Shown: in pieces, positions 1-8,200 of the stretch | Position numbering within the stretch: the first letter of the stretch is position 1 | Layout of the letters: each line of letters opens with the position of its first letter | From: Nitrosopumilales archaeon | GTDB lineage: Archaea; Thermoproteota; Nitrososphaeria; Nitrososphaerales; Nitrososphaeraceae | NCBI GenBank assembly: GCA_044507735.1 | Contig: JBIQJB010000038.1 | Coordinates: 1-16,825 of the forward strand | Reading direction: 5' to 3' | DNA: 16,825 bases | Notes under the pieces: model-generated | Database searches by the model: none | Told to the model about the DNA's origin: nothing | What the model saw: the letters and a program-made list of their open reading frames with translations, nothing else | Position numbers and translations under genes: made by a program

Positions 1-41
1 CCTAAAAGGGCAAGAATATTGCTCCTTTGGACAAAGTAAGA

Positions 42-186
42 TGGTGCGGGGGGTGGGATTTGAACCCACGAATCCCTAAGGAACAGGGTTGTAGGAACCA
101 GTCCGGCTCATTCTAAGCTTCGCACCCTTTTTCTTATGGAAAGAAAAAAGAGACCTGCGCCGTTGACCGGGCTTGGCAACCCCCGC
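42..186 (-). tRNA. tRNA-Leu(TAG) with two introns (119-153 and about 89-110) and encoded CCA
   Basis: Reverse complement: acceptor GCGGGGG/CCCCCGC-A-CCA, D-arm GCCAAGCCCGGTCAACGGC, long variable arm, T-arm GTGGG-TTCAAAT-CCCAC. Removing 35-nt and 22-nt inserts restores CAGGG-CT-TAG-AA-CCCTG (88 nt mature). Confidence 0.9.
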
Positions 187-210
187 GCCCAAGCTGCAAG
201 AGCCAACAGC

Positions 211-230
211 CAAATTTATCTATTTATAGG
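211..230. promoter_or_regulatory. Divergent TATA region for tRNA-Leu (-) and glmM (+)
   Basis: AAATTTATCTATTTATAGG. TTTATA (223-228) lies about 25 nt before ATG 252, and the reverse strand has TATAAATA/ATAAAT upstream of the tRNA 5' end. Confidence 0.55.
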
Positions 231-251
231 TTGGCAGCATCTGAAAGACAA

Positions 252-1640
252 ATGCAGCAAACATCAGCTAACCCCCGACTCTTTGGTACAAACGGTGTGC
301 GAGGCGTTTATGGTGAGGAACTGACAAACGATCTGGCAATTGATCTCTGCTATGCTCTTGCAACCTATTTTGGTGACGGGCCGATTGTCGTCGGGTACGA
401 CGGCCGCAAGTCAAGCCCTGTGTTGTCAAAATTAGTTCGGGCCACTCTAAACTCTGCGGGACTTGATACAGCAAATGCTGGGCTTGTACCGACGCCGTGC
501 CTGCAATATGCTGCAAAGAGGCTTGGCTATGCCGGCGGGATCATGATAACCGCATCCCACAATCCGCCGCAATACAACGGGATCAAGCCGACCGCTCCAG
601 ACGGTGTTGAGATTTCCCGAGAAGACGAACTAAAAGTAGAGGACATCTACTACTCCAAGAGATTCGCAAAGTTGAACGGAACAGGTCGCGACTATGTCGA
701 CGAAAACATTGTCAGCAAATACATCGATGCTGTTATCGAGCTAGTGGATGCCGACAGGATAAGACAGAAAAAGTTCACTGTAGTGATGGACACAGGCAAT
801 GGTGCGCAGGCAGTAGTTGCACCATTTGTTGCAAGAAAGCTGGGCTGCAAGGTCATAGTCATAAATGGCCATATTGACGGGGAATTTCCGGGGCGAGGCT
901 CAGAGCCCACGCCGGACAACGTCGTAGTCCTGTCCGAGACTGTCATGTCTGCCAATGCTGACTTTGGGGTCGCGTACGACGGCGATGGTGACAGGAGCAT
1001 CTTTTGCGACGATAAGGGCGCTGTATACATGGGTGACAAGACCGGGGCCCTGCTAGTAAGACATCTGCTCGAAGGCAAACACAAGGGTGCAGAAGTTGTC
1101 TGTCCTGTCAACTCTTCAATGATATTGTCAAAGGTTGTGGAGCAGGCCGGCTCCAAGATTGTCTACACCAAGGTGGGCAGCGTTGAAGTCTCACGTGAAA
1201 TGGTGAGGCGCAGATCCCCGCTTGGACTCGAAGAAAATGGTGGATTCATGTATGGCGCGCTTAACGAGGTAAGGGATGGGGCTATGGCGACTGCGCTGGT
1301 ACTCGACATGCTTGCCGCTTCCTCATCCTCTTCTGACAACAAACCCTTTTCCCAACATATCGCAGAACTTCCGCAGACGTTCCAGTACAAGACAAAGTTT
1401 TCGTGTCCTTCGAGGGAAGTTGTGGAAAGAGTCATCCAGGCATGCATAAGCCATGGCACACCGAAAAAGGTAGAGACAATGGACGGGGCGAAGGTGTGGA
1501 TAGACGAGGAGACCTGGTTGATGGTGAGGCCGAGTGGGACAGAGCCCCTCATAAGGATGTATGCCGAGTCAACTGACAAGTCGCTCTTGGACTCGAAGGT
1601 GGATGAATACAAGAGACTAGTGCAATCGAAGATAGGCTAA
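252..1640 (+). CDS. glmM: Phosphoglucosamine mutase / alpha-D-phosphohexomutase family
   Basis: Motifs FGTNGVRG, ITASHNP (catalytic Ser), DGDGDR (metal loop), EENGG and RPSGTEP. ATG 252 is preferred over TTG 231 on TATA spacing. Substrate specificity is inferred. Confidence 0.85.
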   Translation: MQQTSANPRLFGTNGVRGVYGEELTNDLAIDLCYALATYFGDGPIVVGYDGRKSSPVLSKLVRATLNSAGLDTANAGLVPTPCLQYAAKRLGYAGGIMITASHNPPQYNGIKPTAPDGVEISREDELKVEDIYYSKRFAKLNGTGRDYVDENIVSKYIDAVIELVDADRIRQKKFTVVMDTGNGAQAVVAPFVARKLGCKVIVINGHIDGEFPGRGSEPTPDNVVVLSETVMSANADFGVAYDGDGDRSIFCDDKGAVYMGDKTGALLVRHLLEGKHKGAEVVCPVNSSMILSKVVEQAGSKIVYTKVGSVEVSREMVRRRSPLGLEENGGFMYGALNEVRDGAMATALVLDMLAASSSSSDNKPFSQHIAELPQTFQYKTKFSCPSREVVERVIQACISHGTPKKVETMDGAKVWIDEETWLMVRPSGTEPLIRMYAESTDKSLLDSKVDEYKRLVQSKIG

Positions 1641-1642
1641 CG

Positions 1643-1650
1643 TTTTTAAT
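1643..1650 (+). promoter_or_regulatory. TATA box of the rpl7ae operon
   Basis: TTTTTAAT immediately after the glmM stop and about 50 nt before TTG 1701, which implies a short 5' leader. Confidence 0.6.
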
Positions 1651-1675
1651 ACGCCTATTATCGTACAGAAGAAAG

Positions 1676-1693
1676 ATGATCCCGATGGGTGAT
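1676..1693 (+). promoter_or_regulatory. K-turn/C-D-like L7Ae-binding element overlapping the Shine-Dalgarno sequence
   Basis: AUGAU-CCC-GAU-GGG-UGAU can form tandem G.A/A.G pairs, a U.U pair and 3 C-G pairs, and it contains the SD GGGTGA. Confidence 0.6.
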
Positions 1694-1700
1694 ACCAACA

Positions 1701-2087
1701 TTGAGTAAACCATATTATGTAAAGATGGAAGTTTCTAAGGATCTAGTAAACGCAGTTTATGAAGCGGTGCGTGTTGCTAAGCAGAGCGGTAAGGTACGTA
1801 AGGGCACAAACGAGACCACGAAGGCTATTGAGCGCGGCATTTCAAAGCTTGTAGTCATTGCCGAAGACGTCGAGCCACCAGAGGTGGTCGCTCACTTGCC
1901 GATCCTCTGTGAGGAAAGGAACACGCCTTTCATCTTTGTTCCAAGCAAGCAGCAGCTTGGCATGTCGCTTGGAATTGATGTCGGCTCTGCTGCTGCCACG
2001 ATTATCGATACGGGTGAAGCGCAGCACATTGTGGAGCAGGTCGTCAACTCTATAGCCGACCTAAAGGGCGCTGCCAAGAAAGAGTAG
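1701..2087 (+). CDS. rpl7ae: 50S ribosomal protein L7Ae
   Basis: GKVRKGTNETTKAIERG...LVVIAEDVEPPEVVAHLP. TTG start (MSKPYYV) follows the GGGTGA SD. Confidence 0.97.
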   Translation: MSKPYYVKMEVSKDLVNAVYEAVRVAKQSGKVRKGTNETTKAIERGISKLVVIAEDVEPPEVVAHLPILCEERNTPFIFVPSKQQLGMSLGIDVGSAAATIIDTGEAQHIVEQVVNSIADLKGAAKKE

Positions 2088-2108
2088 AGAGACGGTGGCT
2101 GATAACAG

Positions 2109-2324
2109 ATGAGCAAGGCTGCTGAAGAAAAGGTCGTTCCTGCTGAAGTCATCCAGATTGTAGGCAGGACTGGCATCGCCGGCGAAGTCATACAGGTCCG
2201 CGTCAAGGTTCTGGAAGGAAAGGATAGGGGCCGCATCCTGACCAGAAACGTCAAGGGATCTGTACGGATGAATGATGTCCTGATGCTGAGAGAAACCGAG
2301 CGAGAGGCCCGCAAGATTAGGTGA
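2109..2324 (+). CDS. rps28e: 30S ribosomal protein S28e
   Basis: [12 protein letters not shown]...RILTRNVKG...LRETEREAR; operon context. Confidence 0.97.
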   Translation: MSKAAEEKVVPAEVIQIVGRTGIAGEVIQVRVKVLEGKDRGRILTRNVKGSVRMNDVLMLRETEREARKIR

Positions 2325-2337
2325 CATGTGATAGTCT

Positions 2338-2553
2338 ATGAGCAAAACAGCAACATCATTGCGTAACTGCTTTTTCTGCGGCAGGCACATTACTACAGGC
2401 CATGGAATCATGACGGTAAGAAACGATGGGCAAGTGCAGTGGACTTGTTCTAGCAAATGCAAAAAGAACCTGCGCGTTCTATCACGAGATCCAAGAAAGC
2501 TAAAGTGGACTTCCAAATATGTCAAGGGCGGTCTGCGCGTGAGAAAGCAATAG
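2338..2553 (+). CDS. rpl24e: 50S ribosomal protein L24e
   Basis: CFFC...GHG...VRNDG...CSSKC...PRKLKWT zinc-binding L24e signature. Confidence 0.96.
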   Translation: MSKTATSLRNCFFCGRHITTGHGIMTVRNDGQVQWTCSSKCKKNLRVLSRDPRKLKWTSKYVKGGLRVRKQ

Positions 2554-2587
2554 TGATGTGGAGTAGTTCTAGCAGGTAGATGCAAGA

Positions 2588-2992
2588 ATGGCAATCGAAC
2601 AAACGCTAATTGTGGTCAAGCCAGATGGGTTCAAGCGCCAGCTGACTGGCAAGATTCTGGCTAGATTTGAGGAAAAAGGCTTTCAGATAAAGAATCTAAA
2701 GTCGTACAACTTTACCAAGGAGAAGGCTCAGGAGTTCTACTCGGTTCACAAGGACAAGCCCTTCTTCAACGAGCTTGTCTCGTTCATCACGTCTGGAACT
2801 GTGGTTGCCTGCATCCTGGAGGGGAACAATGCAGTCAGCACTGTGAGGATAATGATAGGAGCGACCAAGTCGTTTGAAGCGGCTCCGGGTACTATAAGGG
2901 GAGACTTTGGACTAGGATTCACCGACAACATCATACATGCCTCTGACTCTCCTGAAAGCTTCATAAAAGAGTCGCGCGTCATTTTCAGCTGA
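2588..2992 (+). CDS. ndk: Nucleoside diphosphate kinase
   Basis: [14 protein letters not shown] and NIIHASDS (catalytic His). Confidence 0.97.
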   Translation: MAIEQTLIVVKPDGFKRQLTGKILARFEEKGFQIKNLKSYNFTKEKAQEFYSVHKDKPFFNELVSFITSGTVVACILEGNNAVSTVRIMIGATKSFEAAPGTIRGDFGLGFTDNIIHASDSPESFIKESRVIFS

Positions 2993-2999
2993 CTCACTT

Positions 3000-4796
3000 G
3001 TGGCACTCCGTCAGCCGGTAGTAGTTGTTCTAGGTCACGTAGACTCGGGCAAGACCTCCCTACTGGATAAGATTCGCGGCACTGCAGTTCAGTCCCGCGA
3101 AGTTGGAGGGATTACTCAACATATCGGAGCCAGCTTCTTCCCTGTTGAAACGATCAAAGAGATGACCGGCCCCCTATACGCAAAGCTTGCCAAGTCTGAG
3201 ACTCCAATACCCGGCCTGCTGGTAATTGACACGCCGGGACACGAAGTCTTTGCCAACCTGCGTGCACGCGGCGGATCCGCGGCAGACATTGCGATTGTTG
3301 TGGTGGACGTCAATAAGGGCTTTGAAGCACAGACAGTGGAGAGCATCAACATTTTGAAAAAGCGCAAGGTGCCGTTCGTGATCGCGCTCAACAAGGTTGA
3401 CATGATCGCAGGCTGGCGCGGGTCTGGGAGCAAGTTCATTTCTGAAGATGTGAAAAAGCAGGAAACAAGCGTCCAGACACTGCTGGACGAAAAGATCTAC
3501 ACGGTCGTAGGTACTCTCTCAACTCTTGGCTTCCCTTCGGAAGCGTTCTGGCGCGTCAAGGATTTTACAAGAGAAGTTGCGATAGTGCCGGTGAGTGCGA
3601 GGTCTGGGGTGGGCATACCAGAGCTTTTGGCGGTACTAGTCGGCCTGACTCAGCAATACCTTGCAAAGCGATTAGAGCGACATGAAGGACCTGCCAGAGG
3701 CATTGTACTCGAGTTCAAGGAAGAGGTGGGTCTTGGACCGTCTGCAAACATTATACTTCTGGACGGCACGATCCATCAGGGCGAAACTATTGTAGTAGGC
3801 AAACGCGATGGAGCAGTTGCGACCAGAATAAAGGCACTGCTGCTGCCGAAGGCACTTGACGAAATGCGCGATCCTCGCGACAAGTTCAAGCCAGTCAGCG
3901 AAGTCGTTGCGGCCGCCGGCCTGAAAATAACTTCGCCAGATCTTGAGGGCGTGCTCGCAGGAAGCCCGCTTTATGTCTACGATCAGAAGAAGGGTAGCGA
4001 TGAGCTTGAGAGGCTCAAGTCGCTTGTAGAATCCGAGGTAAAGAACGCGATTGTAAGTAACACCGAAACTAGCGGGGTTATTCTCAAGTGTGACACAATA
4101 GGTTCGCTTGAAGCAATAACCGACCTTTTGAAAAAAGCAGACGTACCGATCAGGTTGGCTGATATTGGCAACATAACTCGGCGCGACATCATAGAGGCAT
4201 CCGCAGTAAAAGAAAGCGACAGGTACCTCGGAGTCGTGCTGGGCTTTAGTGTCAAAGTGCTTGAAGATGCGCAAAAGGAAGCACAGGAACGCGAAGTAAT
4301 GATTTTCAACGAGCAGATAATCTACAACCTTGTCCGAAGCTATACTGATTGGGTCGCGTACCAGAAGGAACATGAAGAATCGATATTGTTCAACGAGCTG
4401 CCACCTATTTGCAAGTTTCAGTTCATGAAGGGGTTTGTTTTCCGGCGCAACGACCCTGCCGTCTTTGGAGCCGAGATCCAGGTGGGCAGGCTGAAACAAA
4501 AGGTGCAGGTGATAAACGAAGAAGGTAAGAAGGTTGGAACAGTCCATCAGATTCAAGATAGCGGTAAAGCCATAGAGGAAGCAACAACAGGGATGCAGGT
4601 AGCGGTATCAATAAAGGAACCTACTATCGGCAGGCAGATAAACGAAGGCGATATTTTCTACACTGACCTCAACAGCAAACAGGCCAAGCAGCTCCTCGAG
4701 AGGTTCAACCATCGGTTAAATGAAAATGAAAAAGAGATCCTAAACATGCTGGTGGCTATGAAAAGAAAGAGCGACCCTGCGTTCGGATACCTCTGA
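3000..4796 (+). CDS. infB: Translation initiation factor IF-2 (aIF5B)
   Basis: LRQPVVVVLGHVDSGKT, GGITQHIGA, DTPGHE and NKVD GTPase motifs; 598-aa archaeal length. Confidence 0.97.
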   Translation: MALRQPVVVVLGHVDSGKTSLLDKIRGTAVQSREVGGITQHIGASFFPVETIKEMTGPLYAKLAKSETPIPGLLVIDTPGHEVFANLRARGGSAADIAIVVVDVNKGFEAQTVESINILKKRKVPFVIALNKVDMIAGWRGSGSKFISEDVKKQETSVQTLLDEKIYTVVGTLSTLGFPSEAFWRVKDFTREVAIVPVSARSGVGIPELLAVLVGLTQQYLAKRLERHEGPARGIVLEFKEEVGLGPSANIILLDGTIHQGETIVVGKRDGAVATRIKALLLPKALDEMRDPRDKFKPVSEVVAAAGLKITSPDLEGVLAGSPLYVYDQKKGSDELERLKSLVESEVKNAIVSNTETSGVILKCDTIGSLEAITDLLKKADVPIRLADIGNITRRDIIEASAVKESDRYLGVVLGFSVKVLEDAQKEAQEREVMIFNEQIIYNLVRSYTDWVAYQKEHEESILFNELPPICKFQFMKGFVFRRNDPAVFGAEIQVGRLKQKVQVINEEGKKVGTVHQIQDSGKAIEEATTGMQVAVSIKEPTIGRQINEGDIFYTDLNSKQAKQLLERFNHRLNENEKEILNMLVAMKRKSDPAFGYL

Positions 4797-4858
4797 CCAT
4801 TCTTCCAACAAAAAAGGGTGCGGTCCTTCCTGCCCCAAAATGGTAACGGTACTTTATC

Positions 4859-5221
4859 CTACTGGTACTTTTGCAGCAGACCTTCTAGGCCCTTTTCGCC
4901 GACCGCGCCGACTGCCCTGTCGACCGCTTTGCCGTTCATGAACATGATGAATGTCGGGATTGCATATACGTCGTAGCGCATGGCGACCCCTTGGTTATCA
5001 TCCACATTCAACCTTCCAAATATCACCTTGCTTCCGTATTTCTTGGCCAGCTTATCGAATATCGGGAGCATGAATTGGCAAGGACCGCACCATGTCGCCC
5101 AAAAGTCTACAAGGACGGGCTTGCTGCCTCCTACCACTTCGTCAAAGTTTTTCTCTCCAAGTTCGATTAGGCCATTGCTGGCGGCGTGCACACTTGATGC
5201 CGCTTTCTTGTCCTCACTCAC
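4859..5221 (-). CDS. trxA: Thioredoxin
   Basis: VLVDFWATWCGPC active site and cis-Pro IPT. A TTAAATA promoter candidate overlaps the upstream gene's stop (5244-5250). Confidence 0.93.
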   Translation of the reverse strand: MSEDKKAASSVHAASNGLIELGEKNFDEVVGGSKPVLVDFWATWCGPCQFMLPIFDKLAKKYGSKVIFGRLNVDDNQGVAMRYDVYAIPTFIMFMNGKAVDRAVGAVGEKGLEGLLQKYQ

Positions 5222-5246
5222 ACCATAAATCGGAGTTGTTTCCTAT

Positions 5247-8200
5247 TTAAGATTTATTGGCGGGCCCTGTGCCGCGCTTTCCAAATAATAGCCATGCGAT
5301 GCTTGCAATCCCCCCTCCAGCAGCAAGACCCGCGATGATGGCTGCGGTTATCAAAGGCGCTGAATTTGCCACTATTATTGGCAGGACTAATGTCGATTCG
5401 TTGCCCGCAATGTCCGTCGCTACAAGCTTTAGATCATAGCTTCCATCCGCAAGCTCTGTAGTATCCAGCATGTATTCAGACATGCCCGTGACATTCAGGC
5501 TCGCTCTGCTGCCCACCTGCAGGAACACGCTGCGGATGTTGGGATCGCCGGCGTGAAGCACTATTTTTGCCAGCCCTTTCAAGTCCTGTGGGTTGGCATT
5601 GGAAAATGACATAGATGGCGCGGGCTGTGTGGTGTCGACAATGACCTCGATCTCGCGCGTGGCGTGGTTTCCTGAGGCATCTGCGCCTTCAAAGGAGTAC
5701 AAGTGCGCACCCTCTCCAACCACTCCGGGGCTGATTGCTACTGAAGATGACAGGTAGGGCTCGATTCTTGGATCCCCCGCTTGTGAAGAGGTAGAAACAA
5801 TGATCCCATTCTTGTCAGTAACATTCCATATCAGGGTTGACTCTTTTGAAATCCCAACCTTACTTCCTACTATCTTGTGCAGATTGCCGTTAGAATCCTG
5901 TACAAACGCTTCGATCTGCGGCGGAGTGTTGTCTACTTCAAACACCGACTGGAAGGTGGTGATGTGCCCCACCAGGTCAGATGAATCTATGCGCAGGATG
6001 TGCTGCCCTTCAGAAAGTGAGCCTGCGTCGATCAAAATATCAAACTCTCCACTTGCAGCAAGCGTCGGTGAGAAGGATTGGCCGTCTATGTAATATTCCA
6101 ATCCACTTGGATTATCTTCAACGATGGTAACAGGGATTCTGTGTTCTTTGCCCTCTCCAAGGTACCTCGGAACGTCTATTATTATTGCCGGCGCCGCGTT
6201 GTCCGGAATCAAAGTAGCAAACTTGGCTTCAACCTGTAGTGGTTCATAGAGGCTGTTGCCGTGAAATATCGTGTTGTGCAGCAGTATTGAATACGTACCT
6301 GTCCTGTTCACCGGCACATGGAGAAGCGTCGCATTTTCGCCAGCATTTTGGCTAAAGTAGAATGCGCCTCCTGCGCTGAATGGGGTTGTCCCCAGCCAGT
6401 CGTTGCTAGGCCAACCTGAGAATGTCTCAAACACCCCTGAGGGCACAGTCGTCGCTATCATGCGGCCGTCCGGGCCAAAGGCCATCGCGCTAATGCTGGT
6501 TGAGTTGTGTGGCCAGGATATCTTTAGAGTCATCGAGGTGATCGTATCGTCCATCACGCTGAAGTAATATGAACGCCAATCGCCTGCCGAATATCCTGAA
6601 GTCATGTCGAATGTGCCGCCAACATATCCATTTGGACGCAGACCCAGATCTTTTTCCTCAACATCTGCAGCGGGAACTGCAACAACTGGGACATCCTTTG
6701 GTACAGGCTTGCTTGTCACGACATAGCTTACCGGCATGACAGTCGGCCTGTCGCTGTCTTCTGATTTTACCAGTATGGAGCCATAGTAAATGCCCGGCAA
6801 ATCTTCGTCGCCCACATAAATCGTCGCGGGGATCCTTTCTTTGCCTTTTGGTCCTAACTCAAGCATCACCTGCCCGCCGTCTGGCTCACCATCAAGCATG
6901 ATTGCAGGGTTTGGCTGCCTGTCGTAGAACTCAATTGTAAGTGTATAATTCATTGCAGTCGAGTTGATCTTCCTGTCGCCCTGCCAGAACGAATAGATTG
7001 TAGGAACGGGGTATATGCCTATGAGGGGAGTGTTCGCGAACTTTTCTGCCGGATCTGTTACCCTGAGTTCTTGCAATGTGCCCCATGAGCCGCCCCTGTT
7101 CACCATTGAAGTCTCTGTATATGTTATCTTGCCGTCCCCGTCCGCATCAGCCCAGTCATACGCATAGATTGAAGCAATGCGGAGGTTATCGGCATACAAT
7201 TCTGTCGTGTTCATAAAGCTTTCAAACGGGAAGTTGACCTTTACTACCATGAGGTCTGCCTCTTCAGGAATGCCGCCCAGATCGTCGAGGTTGAAGTAGT
7301 TTGGTCTATAGCCAAACTCGGTGGTGTTGTATATAGGATCCGTTTCAAATGGACGTGTTGTGTTACGAATCTCGTACCTGTCAACGAGGGTTTCTATCGC
7401 GGCCATGACATTGACAATCATTGTCCTGTCAGAGCGGTTCTCAATCACGATTTCAGTTGACTCGGACTCACCTTGAGCTATCTGGCCTGCAAACCACCGC
7501 GATTCTTCAAATTCCACAGCTAGCTTTTGTGCAATGTCGCTCCCGCCTTCGATTAGTGCAAGTACGTCGCTGTACGAATCGATCGCGTCAGACATGGTGG
7601 TCAAGACGTTTCTCACAGTATCTTGAGTATAAATCCGCAAACCAGATTCTCCTTCTGCAAGGTCAATAGCGGCTAGCGCGTCGACCCTGCCAGAACCCTG
7701 AACAAACGGGTCGTTCTTCAGATCGACAGCTGAAGACATGAGCATCGTTCTTACGCCAAACGGATCTGGCTCCTGTCCCTGCTCCTGCAGACTTTCGATT
7801 ACAAGTGCTGCCGCTCCGGCGACCATGGGCGCGGCCATGCTCGTGCCACCAAATAGTACAAAAGCAGACTCATTTTTCGGGTCCTCGTGGGTTGTCTGAA
7901 GGCTTCTCAGGTGCACGATCGTAGGTGTGAATCCATACGCTCCTACCGCCATCAGCTCGGGCTTGGGGTCGCCAAACAGCCCTGGTCCTCTACTTGAAAA
8001 ATTGGCCACATCGTCAAAGTACGTCGTTGCTTTGCCAAATCGGGTGATGTTTTGTAGGCCGTCGTAACCGAGATGCACATTGTTGGTGGTTGCGCCGACA
8101 GATATCGAAAGCGGAGAGGCATTTGGAGTGCCAACAGATCCATAACCCGAGCCATAATTTCCAAGACTGTTTACAAAGATTGTGCCTGGATAGTCGTCGG

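Noticed and set aside
1-41. Possible integration (att) site beside the tRNA 3' end
   Set aside because: No integrase or duplicated tRNA end in the window, and the flank is too short to judge.
126-152. T-rich/A-rich hairpin resembling a terminator
   Set aside because: It is the stem of tRNA intron 1.
136-324. 62-aa plus-strand ORF
   Set aside because: It overlaps the tRNA antisense, the promoter and the glmM start, and has no recognisable motif.
1318-1335. Poly-Ser run (SSSSS) in glmM
   Set aside because: A short low-complexity loop with mixed codons, in frame; not a phase-variable tract.
3672-4556. 294-aa antisense ORF inside infB, and similar shadow ORFs over glmM, the S8 protease and the MFS gene
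   Set aside because: These are antisense or alternate-frame shadows of strongly conserved genes, with no motifs or expression signals.
3000-4796. Possible intein in aIF5B, a known intein host
   Set aside because: The protein is normal length (598 aa) with contiguous GTPase motifs.
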